Shown: one piece after another, positions 9,293 through 18,577 of the stretch
How the letters are laid out: each line of letters begins with the position of its first letter
How positions within the stretch are numbered: the stretch's first letter is position 1
NCBI GenBank assembly: GCA_046485285.1
Contig: JAWOHE010000068.1
Location: 1 to 27,161 of the forward strand
From: a bacterium
GTDB taxonomy: Bacteria; Hydrothermota; Tepidihabitantia; Tepidihabitantales; Tepidihabitantaceae
Direction: 5' to 3'
Length of the DNA stretch: 27,161 bases
The notes under the pieces: generated by a model
What the model was told of the DNA's origin: nothing
The model's database searches: none
Seen by the model: only the letters and a program-made list of their open reading frames with translations
Made by a program: the position numbers and the translations under genes

Positions 9293-9725
9293 GACGATCG
9301 GCATCGGGATGCTGGCGTCATTCTTCCTGACCGAGACGGTCGGGATGGCGGCGGGCGGCATCGTCGTCCCCGGTTACTTCGCACTGCTGCTCCACGAGCC
9401 GGCACGGGTGCTGGCGACGGTCGCGGTGGCGCTCGCGACCTTCGCGCTGCTCAAGCTGGCGTCAAGGTTCATGTTGGTCTACGGCCGCAGGATGCTGGTG
9501 CTGGCGGTGCTGGCCGGGTACCTGCTCGCGTTCGCGAGCAGAAGCGTACCGAGCCTGCACATTGGCGCGGCGAGCATCGACGTCGGGGTAATCGGCTACG
9601 TCATCCCGGGGCTGGTTGCCTACTGGATGATGCGCCAGGGCGTGCTCCGGACGCTGAGTTCACTCTCGGTCGCGGCGGTGTTGACCCGGCTGGTGGTGAT
9701 GGTCATCTCGGGCGGGGCGGCGTAG
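9282..9725 (+). CDS. pgsC: Poly-gamma-glutamate biosynthesis membrane protein PgsC/CapC
   Basis: AGGIVVPGY.AL, YGRR and IGYVIPGLVA motifs; hydrophobic. GTG start at 9282 overlaps the end of pgsB. Confidence 0.93.
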   Translation: MVIETIGIGMLASFFLTETVGMAAGGIVVPGYFALLLHEPARVLATVAVALATFALLKLASRFMLVYGRRMLVLAVLAGYLLAFASRSVPSLHIGAASIDVGVIGYVIPGLVAYWMMRQGVLRTLSSLSVAAVLTRLVVMVISGGAA

Positions 9726-10819
9726 TGCGCCGGCGCCACGGGAGGATGAACCAGTACGTGATGGCCGCGCTGGCGGTCGTGGCGCTGGTGATGTTCGCGG
9801 TCGTGAGCCGTTCGGCACGACCGGTCCGGGCGCGATTCTACGACGAGAAGCTGGTTGCCGCCCGACTGGCGCGGCGGGCGACGACGGCTGTGGCCGGGCT
9901 GCGCGGGGAACTCGGCGTGCCGGTGGACTCGGTGAACGACCCGAACGGGACCGGGCTGGTCGGGGTCCAGCACTCGGTGCTGACCTGGGGCAGGAGCGAC
10001 CTGTCCGACGCGTTGACGACCCTGAACCCGAACTTCGCCGCGGCGCTGGTCGAACTCCTGCACCGCGCCGGGCTGAGGTCGGGCGACACTGTCGGCCTGA
10101 GCTGGGACGGTACGTATCCCGGGCTCAACATCGCCCTGCTCGCGGCCTGTTCGAGCGTCGGCGCGCGGCCGGTGGTCGTGACGGCGGCGAGCGCGGCGTC
10201 GTGGGGCGCGAACTACCCGGGGATGAGCTGGCTCGACATCGAGGCGCGGCTGCGGCAGTCCGGCGTGTGGGGTTATCGCTCGCGCTTCGCGACCTCGGGG
10301 GGCGAGTCGGACGACGGTCGCGGTCTGGTGCCCGAGGGGCGCGATCTCGCGGCTGCGGCGGCTGCGGCTGCCTCGGTCGATTTCCTTGTCCCGGCGGACC
10401 CGGCCGAGGGCGCGGCGACGCGGGTGGCAGCCTTCCGGAATGCCCGCGCGGTCGTCTGCGTGGGCCGGGTCGCGGCCGACATCGGCGGACCGGACGCGCG
10501 GCTGGCGACCCGGGTGCACCGGCGGCCGGTCGCGACTATCGACTCGTCGTCGACCATCTTCGCCCTGCTCGAACGCCGGGTGCCGGTGCTCTACCTCGGT
10601 AACCCGCGGCGGGTAGCGACCGAGTTCCGGCTGCCGCTGGCACCCGAGCCGCTGCCCGAGCCCGGGCGCGGCCGGCTGTTCTTCGAGCGCCGCTACCCGG
10701 CCGGGCTGGCGGCCGCGCTCGCCCTGGTTCTGCTCGGGCTGCTGCTGTTCGTGGTGCGCTACGACGTCGAATGGTACCTGGGTGACCGCGATGGTCGGAC
10801 CCGGGAGGAGGCGGTCTAG
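9725..10819 (+). CDS. pgsW: Poly-gamma-glutamate system protein PgsW
   Basis: NDPNGTGLVG, TTLNPNFAA, GTYPGLN, ASWGANYP and GG..D.G motifs; N- and C-terminal TM helices; directly follows pgsC. Confidence 0.85.
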   Translation: MRRRHGRMNQYVMAALAVVALVMFAVVSRSARPVRARFYDEKLVAARLARRATTAVAGLRGELGVPVDSVNDPNGTGLVGVQHSVLTWGRSDLSDALTTLNPNFAAALVELLHRAGLRSGDTVGLSWDGTYPGLNIALLAACSSVGARPVVVTAASAASWGANYPGMSWLDIEARLRQSGVWGYRSRFATSGGESDDGRGLVPEGRDLAAAAAAAASVDFLVPADPAEGAATRVAAFRNARAVVCVGRVAADIGGPDARLATRVHRRPVATIDSSSTIFALLERRVPVLYLGNPRRVATEFRLPLAPEPLPEPGRGRLFFERRYPAGLAAALALVLLGLLLFVVRYDVEWYLGDRDGRTREEAV

Positions 10820-10820
10820 G

Positions 10821-11681
10821 ATGACTAAGTTGCTGTCGCTCGCGCTGGCGCTGGCTCTTGCTTCGTCGCCGGCCGCCGAGGTCAGGGTCCGCGGTTCGGC
10901 CGGCCGGACCGGGGTCAGCGTGGTCCGGCGGGTCGAACTCGACTACCAGTTCGTGACCGCGCGGCGGCCGCTCGAGTTCGAGGTCGAGGGGCCGGGTTGG
11001 GTGCGGGTCTACACCCGGCTCTGGTGGCAGGTGGACGGGCCGGAGCGCCAGGCTTACGGGCTGTCGTTGTGGCAGGACGACGTCGAGCGGCCACTGGAAT
11101 TTGAGACCGCGCGTTCGGCCTCGAGCTGGGGCGTCTCGCGCCACCCGGTCGGCCGCTGGCGGTCGTTCTACATCCAGGTTCCGGCCGGGGCCACGACATA
11201 CCGGCTGGTGCTCAACGAGGCGCCGCTCGACACGGTCGCGGTCAGGTTCACTCGCCAGGCGCCGCCCGCCTGGGAGCCGGTCGCGCTCGACGGGCTCGAA
11301 CGGCTGATGCTGGTTGATGGCAGTGCCGAAGTGGAGTACCGGCGGCTGGCGGTCGGCAAGCCCCATACCGTCGACGTGACCGGGCCGTGCCGGCTGCAGG
11401 TGCGGGTCAGGCTCAACTTCGAGCCCGGGATGGTCGGCGCCCAGAATTACGTGCTGGCGGTCACCGGCGGTGGCGTCGAGCTGGCCGCGCCGAACCTGCG
11501 GGTGAGCCGTACCGGGAGCGCGAACTGGGCCAACGCGGCCGGCGAACTGCCGGCGACCGAGCGGTCGGTGCGCTTCCGGGTTGGCGAGGGCACGCATCGT
11601 TTGAGGCTGGAGCTGCGCGGGACGCTGGCGCGGAGCGCCGGGGTGAGGCTGGAGCGGATCGCCGATGAGAAGTACGAGTAG
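10821..11681 (+). CDS. Secreted hypothetical protein with two internally repeated beta-rich domains
   Basis: GGAGG then ATG at 10821; signal peptide MTKLLSLALALALASSPAA; repeated EVEGPGWVRVYTRL / DVTGPCRLQVRVRL segments. Confidence 0.8.
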   Translation: MTKLLSLALALALASSPAAEVRVRGSAGRTGVSVVRRVELDYQFVTARRPLEFEVEGPGWVRVYTRLWWQVDGPERQAYGLSLWQDDVERPLEFETARSASSWGVSRHPVGRWRSFYIQVPAGATTYRLVLNEAPLDTVAVRFTRQAPPAWEPVALDGLERLMLVDGSAEVEYRRLAVGKPHTVDVTGPCRLQVRVRLNFEPGMVGAQNYVLAVTGGGVELAAPNLRVSRTGSANWANAAGELPATERSVRFRVGEGTHRLRLELRGTLARSAGVRLERIADEKYE

Positions 11682-12690
11682 CCTGCTCGCCGTGCTGTGT
11701 GCCTGGGCGCTGGCCGCGCCAACCGTGCGGGTCCCGGCGACGTCGAGCTGGCTTCGGCTTGCGACCGCCTATGACGACAACGTCTTTCGCTACTCGCCCG
11801 GGGACATAGCGGACCTGCGCGGCGGAAGTGACCCGGCGCGCTTCCCGGTCGTCTCGGCTGACGACGTCGAGCTGGCGCTGTCGGGCGGAGTGCGGCGGAG
11901 GCACCGGCTGGGCCGGCGGGGCGGGCACGTCGAGCTGGCGGGCAAGCTGTACGGCTACGCCGTAAATCCCGCGAAGAGCCACGGCTGGATGAGGGCTGGT
12001 GCGGCCCAGTACCTCCGGCCGCGCGGCCGGCTCGAGCTCGGGTTCCTCTGGCTGCCGGGTTACCTCGTACGCCACTACCGCAGGCCGGTCGCGCCAGTCA
12101 GCTACGAGCCTTGCCGGTTCAGCGAGTACCTTGCGACCGTGGCCTTCGAGCAGAAGGTGGGTTTGGTCTCGATCCGGCCCTGCTACCGGTTGGAGCACGA
12201 CGACTATGAGTCGGCGTTTGACCCCTATGACACCCGGGTCCACCGACCGGGCGTCGAGTTCGGGTTCGAGGCCGTGCCCGGGCTCGGGCTCGAGGCCGGG
12301 TACGAGTACCGGCAGGCGGCCGCGGTCGGGCCCGTGCCGGACATCTCGCACGTCGAGCACGGCGCACACGTCGCGGTCGAGATGCGGCCGCGGCGCCTGC
12401 GCCGTCTGAGCCTTGGCCTTCGGGGCGAGCTTGCCGGTCGGCGCTACACGACCGCCCTCGCGCCCGAGGTCGATCCGGGCCACGCGGACCGCCAGGACCG
12501 AATTGCCGCGCTCGGGGTTGAGCTCGGCTGGCGGCTTGCCGGGGTCCGGCTGGTTGCCGGCTGGCGGCACGAGCGACGCGACACCGAGTCGCCGTGGAGC
12601 GAGCGAATCGAGGACATAAAGAACTACCGCCGCAACCGGTTCAGCCTTGGCGCGGTGCTTGGCCCGGACGGCGCGACGGGGAGCGAGTGA
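11665..12690 (+). CDS. Probable outer-membrane beta-barrel protein
   Basis: Signal peptide; AYDDNVFRYS early motif; alternating amphipathic strands (LGLEAGYEYR, LSLGLRGEL, LGVELGWR); terminal YRRNRFSLGAVL strand. Confidence 0.65.
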   Translation: MRSTSSLLAVLCAWALAAPTVRVPATSSWLRLATAYDDNVFRYSPGDIADLRGGSDPARFPVVSADDVELALSGGVRRRHRLGRRGGHVELAGKLYGYAVNPAKSHGWMRAGAAQYLRPRGRLELGFLWLPGYLVRHYRRPVAPVSYEPCRFSEYLATVAFEQKVGLVSIRPCYRLEHDDYESAFDPYDTRVHRPGVEFGFEAVPGLGLEAGYEYRQAAAVGPVPDISHVEHGAHVAVEMRPRRLRRLSLGLRGELAGRRYTTALAPEVDPGHADRQDRIAALGVELGWRLAGVRLVAGWRHERRDTESPWSERIEDIKNYRRNRFSLGAVLGPDGATGSE

Positions 12691-13916
12691 TGAAGAAACC
12701 GGTCCTGGCCGGTATCCTGCTGGCAGTGACCTGTATTCGGCCGCCCTCAGTCCCGACGGTCCAGCTCCTTGCCCCGGCCGACGGCGCGACGGTCCTCACG
12801 CCGGTGGTCGAGTTCGCCTGGGCGGACGACGGGCAGGCAGCCTGGGAGTTCGAGCTTGCGACCGACGAGCGCTTCCGCAGTGTTGTCCGAACCGATACGG
12901 TCGAGCCGGTCGAAGCTACGGACGTACGTTGGCCGGTTGACCTGCGTCGGGACGGCAGCTACTGGTGGCGGGTGCGGGCGCGGAGCGAGGGCGGGGCCTG
13001 GGGCAGCCGTTCGGCGGCGCGGCGGCTCGGCCTCCGGCGGTTTGAGGTCCTGAGCACCCACCCGACGCCCGGCTACGCCCAGCGGGTTGCGGTCGCGGAC
13101 GGGCGGGCCTATGTCGCGGACGGGCAGGCCGGGCTCGCGGTGTTCGACCTGACCGGCGAGCCGCGCTTCCTGGCCTCAGTGATGGACTCGCTCAACGAGG
13201 CTTGGGGAGTCGCGGTTCGGGGCGGGCACGCCTTCGTCGCCTGCGGCTACAAGGAGTTGATGATTGTCGACGTCGGCGACCCGGACAGCCTGCGCATCGT
13301 CGGCGAACTCGAGTACCCGACGCCGGGCTACGGCTACGACGTCGTCCTGCGGGACTCGTTCGCCTACGTCGCGGCCGACGCGCAGTTCATCGCCGTCAAC
13401 GTCGCCGACCCGGCCTGGCCCAACCTGCGCTTCCAGTACCGCTACCCGCGCGGGCTGCGCGGCCTCGCGGTCGAGGACACGCTGTGCTGGCTCGCGCTCG
13501 AGCAACTCGGCGTCGCGGCCTGGAACGTCAGGACGCTGCCCCCGGTCCGGCTCGGCGGGATTGACACTCCCTCGAACGCCCGCGGGGTTGCGGCGCGCGG
13601 CGGGATCGTCTACGTTGCTGACGGCCGGGGCGGTCTGGTGGTCATTGACGGCAGTAACCCGACGGCGCCGGCGGCGCTCGCCTCGCTCGAGTTGCCCGGC
13701 TACGCGGGGCAGGTGTCAATCGGCGCCGACTATGCCTATATCGGGTGCGGGGACGGCGGCCTTGCGATCGTCGACATCAGCATGCCGGCCGAGCCATTCA
13801 TCGCCGCGGTAGTCGAGCTGTCCCACGTCCGGGGCGGCGTGGAATCCGGCGGCCGGGTCTACGCCTGTGACCGTGACCTGGGCCTAGTCGTCATCGGCCG
13901 GAGGGATGAGCGATGA
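12690..13916 (+). CDS. Putative lipoprotein with an Ig/FnIII-like domain and LVIVD-repeat beta-propeller
   Basis: TGATG start. MKKPVLAGILLAVTC is lipobox-like. YWWRVRA (FnIII-like); repeated AYVADG..GL.VID blades. Confidence 0.85.
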   Translation: MKKPVLAGILLAVTCIRPPSVPTVQLLAPADGATVLTPVVEFAWADDGQAAWEFELATDERFRSVVRTDTVEPVEATDVRWPVDLRRDGSYWWRVRARSEGGAWGSRSAARRLGLRRFEVLSTHPTPGYAQRVAVADGRAYVADGQAGLAVFDLTGEPRFLASVMDSLNEAWGVAVRGGHAFVACGYKELMIVDVGDPDSLRIVGELEYPTPGYGYDVVLRDSFAYVAADAQFIAVNVADPAWPNLRFQYRYPRGLRGLAVEDTLCWLALEQLGVAAWNVRTLPPVRLGGIDTPSNARGVAARGGIVYVADGRGGLVVIDGSNPTAPAALASLELPGYAGQVSIGADYAYIGCGDGGLAIVDISMPAEPFIAAVVELSHVRGGVESGGRVYACDRDLGLVVIGRRDER

Positions 13917-16900
13917 TTGCGGATCTGGTCGCGGTGGCGGTCGTGCTTGCCGGGCTCGGGGCACCGGCCTGGAGCGCCCGTGCCGCCGGGAATCGGCTAG
14001 TGCTCGAGTGCCCGGCGGAGGAGACCGCGTCTGTTTTCGCCCGGCTCGTGCCCGCGCCGGGTGGGGTGTTGCCTCGGGTCGAGGCGACGAACTTCGGCGG
14101 CGACGGCCGGGTTGCCTTCGGAGCGGCGGCGGTTGCCGGAGGCGTGGAGGTCGTGCCGATGGTCGTTCGGCCGCCCGCGGGTGTGGGCGAGTGCCGGCTC
14201 GAGCTGGCGTACGACCGGCCGCTTGTGGCGAGCGGCAGGAATGTAATGGGCGAGATGATGGCCGGACTCATGCTCGACGGGACTCCGCGTCCTGACATAG
14301 ACCGGCCCGGCTACCTGATCATCGTGCCCGATGACTTCCTGGCCGGCATCCTTCCCCTTGCCGGCTGGCGGGAGAAGTGCGGCTTCGCGGTCGAGGTGCG
14401 GAAGCTGTCCGAGACCGGCAGCACCCGCGACCAGATCCGCGGTTTCATCCGGACCGCCTACGAGAGCTGGGACCCGGCGCCGAGCTACGTGCTGCTTGTC
14501 GGCGCGGTGAACAAGATCGAGGCGTTCATTACCGCCGGCACACCCAACGTCACCGACCATCCCTATGCCTGCGTCGATGGCGACGACTGGCTGCCCGACC
14601 TCTTTGTCGGCCGACTGCCGGCGGCGAACGCGTCGGAGCTCGACGTGATGGTCGCCAAGACGGTCGGCTACGAGCACGACCCGGACGAGACCGAGACCGG
14701 GTGGTTCGGTCGGGCGCTTGCCGTCGGCACGAGCTACCAGGAAGGCGGTACGCCAGCGGTGACCGCGATCGTGACCAAGCGCCGCATCCGCGAACAGCTC
14801 CTCGCGGCCGGGTTCAGCCGGGTCGATACCGTCTTCTACCCCCCGACGCGCTATGGCCGCGGTCCGGTGGACTCGGCGGTCAACCGGGGCGTGGGCTTCG
14901 TGAACGGACGGGGCTGGGGGAATTCCGATGGCTGGGGCTACCCGCAGTTCCTGACCAGTGACGTCTACGCGCTCGAGAACGGGTGGCGGCTTCCGGTGGT
15001 AACGAGCCTCTACTGCGGCACCGGCAACTTCCAGCGTAACCCCTGCTTCGGCGAGGCCTGGCTGCGGGCCGGGACGCCGGCGAGCCCGCGCGGCGCCGTG
15101 GCGTTCTGGGGCAGTTCCTGGAGTGGAACGTCGACGCGCTGGAACAACTGCATGGACTACGGGATCTACGACGCAATCATCGCCCGCGCGGTACACCGCT
15201 GCGGCCCGGCGATGTACTTCGGTAAGCTCGCCCAGTTCGAAAACTTCCCGCTGGCCGAGGATTCGTTCGACCTCAGGGTCTACCACCACGTGTATAACCT
15301 GCTCGGCGACCCGGCGTTAGCGATGTGGAGTGCCGCGCCGCGAGGCATCGTGGTCGGCTACCCGGAGACGGTGCCGGTCGGGACGAGTTCTCTTGAGGTG
15401 GTGGTGAGTTCCGGCGGTCAGCCGGTCTCCGGGGCCAGGGTCTCGCTCCTGAAGCGTGGTGAGGTTCACGCGGTTGTGCGAACCGATGCCGGGGGGCGGG
15501 CGCGGTTCGCGCTTCGCGCGACCAGTGCGGACACGCTCTTCGTGACCATCACCGGCCGCAATCTGCGGACGCACGCGGGTTTCGCCCGGGTTACCACGGC
15601 CGGCCGGTTCATCGGCTACGCCGGGCACGAGCCGGAGACGCTCGCGCCGGGCCTGTCCGCTGCGCTCGCGGTCACGCTCCGCAACTACGGCTCGACCGGG
15701 GCGGTCGGCGTCTCAGCGGTGCTCCGCTCGCTCGACGGACTCGCGGAGGTAACCGATTCGACCCGCGCCTACGGCGACATCGCGGCCGGCGCGAGCGCCA
15801 CCGCGCCGGCGTACGGGGTGACGGTCGCCGCCGGCTGCACGAGCGGCGCGCGGCCGCGCTTTGAACTGGCGGTTCGGAACGGTGACAGCCTGTGGCGGGC
15901 AGCCTTCGAGGTGCCGGTCCGCGGTCCGACCTTCGACGTCGCGGACCTGTCGGTCTACGACGGGAACGGCTGGCTCGACCCGGGCGAGACCGCGGAGCTC
16001 TCCCTCCTGATCCGCAACCGGGGCGCGGGCGCGACCGGCGTCCGCGGCACGCTTCGGGCTCTCGACGCGGCGCTGGCCGTGCTCGACTCGACCGGCCTGT
16101 TCGGGAGCATCGGCGCCGGTGACTCGGCCCGGAACGAGGCGGACCGGTTCCGGGTCCAGGCCCGACCCGGCATCGCGGTCGGCCGCAGGTTCTCGCTGCG
16201 AGTCCGCCTTGAGGGCGACGGCGGCTTCGGGCAGGAGCTTGACTTCGCCATCACGGTTGGCGAACCGACTTCGGGCGCGGCGCTCGGGCCGGACCGGCAC
16301 GGCTACTATGCTTATGACGACACCGACTCGGGACTCGTTGAACGGCCGGAGTACAGCTGGGTCGAGATCGACCCGGCCCACGGCGGCCCGGGCACGCGGC
16401 TTGCCCTCGGTGACGACGCCACCGTGCAGGTCGACCTGCCGTTCACTTTCCGGTTCTACGGCCGGGACTACGCGCGGGTCTCGATATCGGACAACGGCTA
16501 CGTCGCGATGGGCCAGCAGTGGTTCGGCGAGATCTACAACTGGCACATACCCTCGACCGGCGGGCTCGGTCCATTTGTCGCGGTCTTCTGGGACGACTTC
16601 CGGGTCGACACGCTGGAGGCTTCGGGCGTGTACACGCATTACGACGCGGCCGGCCACCGGTTCGTCATCGAGTGGAGCCGGGTCCACCACGTTCACGGCT
16701 ACCGCCCGCCCGCGCTCGCCGAACTCCAGACATTCCAGGTGGTACTGCACGACCCGCGGTATCATCCAACGCCGACCGGCGACGGCCCGATACTCTGCCA
16801 GTACCACACCGTCCGCAACGACGACAGCCTGTTCGAAAACAGTCACAACTACGCAACCGTTGGCATCCAGGCGAACTCGTCGCTCGGACTCGAGTACACC

Positions 16901-17278
16901 TTCGCGGACCGATACCCGGCCGCTGCCGCCCGGCTCGGCGACGGCCGGGCAATCCGGTTCACAACCGTGCCGCCCGATACCTTCGCGGGGACGCGCGAGA
17001 CCGGCGAATCGCGTCCCGGGCTGCTGCGGCTCAACCCGAACCCGGTTCGGTCGCGGCTCCTGCTCGTGGCGCCGGCGGCCGCGCGCGAGGCCGTTGTCTA
17101 CGATGCCGGCGGTCGGCGTCTGCGCCGGCTCGGACTTCGCGACGGCCGGGCCGAGTGGGACCTTCGTGACGAGGCCGGCCGGCGGGTTGCGGCCGGCGTC
17201 TACCACCTCGCGTTGACACCGTTCAGAGGTGAGGCTAACCTTGTTGTCCGTCGGGCACTGGTCCTGCCCGGCGAATGA
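13913..17278 (+). CDS. Peptidase C25 (gingipain-like) family protein 1 with Ig-like repeats and FlgD-Ig/T9SS-type C-terminal domain
   Basis: YLIIVPD, YVLLVG, D..Y..VDGDD.LPDLFVGRLP, LPVVTSLYCGTGNF, CFGEAWL, YNLLGDPAL; CTD NPNP...VYDAGGRR...WDLRDEAGRRVAAGVY. Confidence 0.9.
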   Translation: MIADLVAVAVVLAGLGAPAWSARAAGNRLVLECPAEETASVFARLVPAPGGVLPRVEATNFGGDGRVAFGAAAVAGGVEVVPMVVRPPAGVGECRLELAYDRPLVASGRNVMGEMMAGLMLDGTPRPDIDRPGYLIIVPDDFLAGILPLAGWREKCGFAVEVRKLSETGSTRDQIRGFIRTAYESWDPAPSYVLLVGAVNKIEAFITAGTPNVTDHPYACVDGDDWLPDLFVGRLPAANASELDVMVAKTVGYEHDPDETETGWFGRALAVGTSYQEGGTPAVTAIVTKRRIREQLLAAGFSRVDTVFYPPTRYGRGPVDSAVNRGVGFVNGRGWGNSDGWGYPQFLTSDVYALENGWRLPVVTSLYCGTGNFQRNPCFGEAWLRAGTPASPRGAVAFWGSSWSGTSTRWNNCMDYGIYDAIIARAVHRCGPAMYFGKLAQFENFPLAEDSFDLRVYHHVYNLLGDPALAMWSAAPRGIVVGYPETVPVGTSSLEVVVSSGGQPVSGARVSLLKRGEVHAVVRTDAGGRARFALRATSADTLFVTITGRNLRTHAGFARVTTAGRFIGYAGHEPETLAPGLSAALAVTLRNYGSTGAVGVSAVLRSLDGLAEVTDSTRAYGDIAAGASATAPAYGVTVAAGCTSGARPRFELAVRNGDSLWRAAFEVPVRGPTFDVADLSVYDGNGWLDPGETAELSLLIRNRGAGATGVRGTLRALDAALAVLDSTGLFGSIGAGDSARNEADRFRVQARPGIAVGRRFSLRVRLEGDGGFGQELDFAITVGEPTSGAALGPDRHGYYAYDDTDSGLVERPEYSWVEIDPAHGGPGTRLALGDDATVQVDLPFTFRFYGRDYARVSISDNGYVAMGQQWFGEIYNWHIPSTGGLGPFVAVFWDDFRVDTLEASGVYTHYDAAGHRFVIEWSRVHHVHGYRPPALAELQTFQVVLHDPRYHPTPTGDGPILCQYHTVRNDDSLFENSHNYATVGIQANSSLGLEYTFADRYPAAAARLGDGRAIRFTTVPPDTFAGTRETGESRPGLLRLNPNPVRSRLLLVAPAAAREAVVYDAGGRRLRRLGLRDGRAEWDLRDEAGRRVAAGVYHLALTPFRGEANLVVRRALVLPGE

Positions 17279-17311
17279 CCACGGGCCCGATGTCCTGAGA
17301 AAGGAGCGTTG

Positions 17312-18577
17312 ATGAGGCAGATGGCGATTTTGCTCTTTGCCCTCCTGTCCGGGGTGGGGGCCTCGTCCGGTCTGAACTACCACGGCGTGGCGGTCGCGCC
17401 CAACGGGTTCGACGCCTGGGTCGTGACGATCGAGACGGTCGCGGTCTACCGGACGACCGACTTCGGCGCGAGCTGGAACCACCAGGAGATACTGACGGTC
17501 CGGGACTTCTTCGACGTCGAGTTCGTCGACGAAAACCGGGGCTGGACCTGCGGTCGAATCGGCACGATCTACCACACGACCAACGGCGGCGCGGACTGGA
17601 CGCGCCAGTCGCTCGGCGGCCCCAAGTTCTCGACCCGGATCCGCTTCCTCGACCCGGACCACGGCTGGGTCGCCTCGGGTGAGGCGATCGTCCTCAAGAC
17701 AACCGACGGCGGCGAGTTCTGGGAGATGCTGTTCACGCCCAACCCGCCGTTTCCATCCGACACGGTTGACTTCCAGGGTGTCTGGTTCGTCCACCCGGAC
17801 ACCGGTTGGCTGGTGGCCGGCCGCTGGCCGGAGGGGGATACCTTTGCCGGCGGCCAGGGCTACATCGCCCGGACGACCGACAACTGCGCAAGCTGGGAAC
17901 TCCAGCGGCGCGACGACAGCCTCGACTTCTACGACGTCCACTTCTTCGACAGCCGCGAGGGCGTCGTCGTCGGCGGCAATGACCGGACGCGACAGGCCGC
18001 GGTCCTGCGGACCGAGGACGGCGGGGCGAGCTGGTCGTCGGTCGCGGTGCCGGCCGGCGCGAGCTTCCTGCGCGGCGTGGCATTCCGGGGCGACCACGGC
18101 TGGGCAGTCGGCCGGAGCGGGACCATCATCCACTCCTCGGACCGCGGCCGGAGCTGGCTCGACCAGTCGGTGCCGATCGACACGACGCTGTTCGACGTGG
18201 ACTTCGCCGACAGCCTGCGCGGGATGGCCGCCGGCAACTCGGTCGTCGTGGCGACGGTTGACGGCGGAGCGAGCTGGGGCCGGGTGTTCGGCGGCGTCAA
18301 CGAGAGCCCGCCTGCGCCGGCGCCGCCCGGCGTGAGACTCCGGGCGCGGTACGAGGGTTCGGGGCTGCGGCTGGCGGTGGCGGGCGTCCGGGGCGTCTGG
18401 ACGGTTGCCGTCTACGACCCGGCCGGGCGCCGGAAGGCGCTGGTTGCCGGGCAGGGCGAAGGGGAGGCGAGCACGAAGGCGGACCTGGCGCGCGGGGTCT
18501 ATCTCGCCCGGCTGGAGAGCGCGGAGGGCGGCGACATCGCCCGGTTCAACGTCCTGACCCCGGAGCGCGGGCGATGA
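17312..18577 (+). CDS. YCF48/BNR-repeat beta-propeller secreted protein with T9SS-type C-terminal domain
   Basis: AAGGAG RBS; signal peptide; repeated T.DGG.SW Asp-boxes and F.D...GW; CTD VYDPAGRR...LARGVYLARL. Confidence 0.88.
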   Translation: MRQMAILLFALLSGVGASSGLNYHGVAVAPNGFDAWVVTIETVAVYRTTDFGASWNHQEILTVRDFFDVEFVDENRGWTCGRIGTIYHTTNGGADWTRQSLGGPKFSTRIRFLDPDHGWVASGEAIVLKTTDGGEFWEMLFTPNPPFPSDTVDFQGVWFVHPDTGWLVAGRWPEGDTFAGGQGYIARTTDNCASWELQRRDDSLDFYDVHFFDSREGVVVGGNDRTRQAAVLRTEDGGASWSSVAVPAGASFLRGVAFRGDHGWAVGRSGTIIHSSDRGRSWLDQSVPIDTTLFDVDFADSLRGMAAGNSVVVATVDGGASWGRVFGGVNESPPAPAPPGVRLRARYEGSGLRLAVAGVRGVWTVAVYDPAGRRKALVAGQGEGEASTKADLARGVYLARLESAEGGDIARFNVLTPERGR

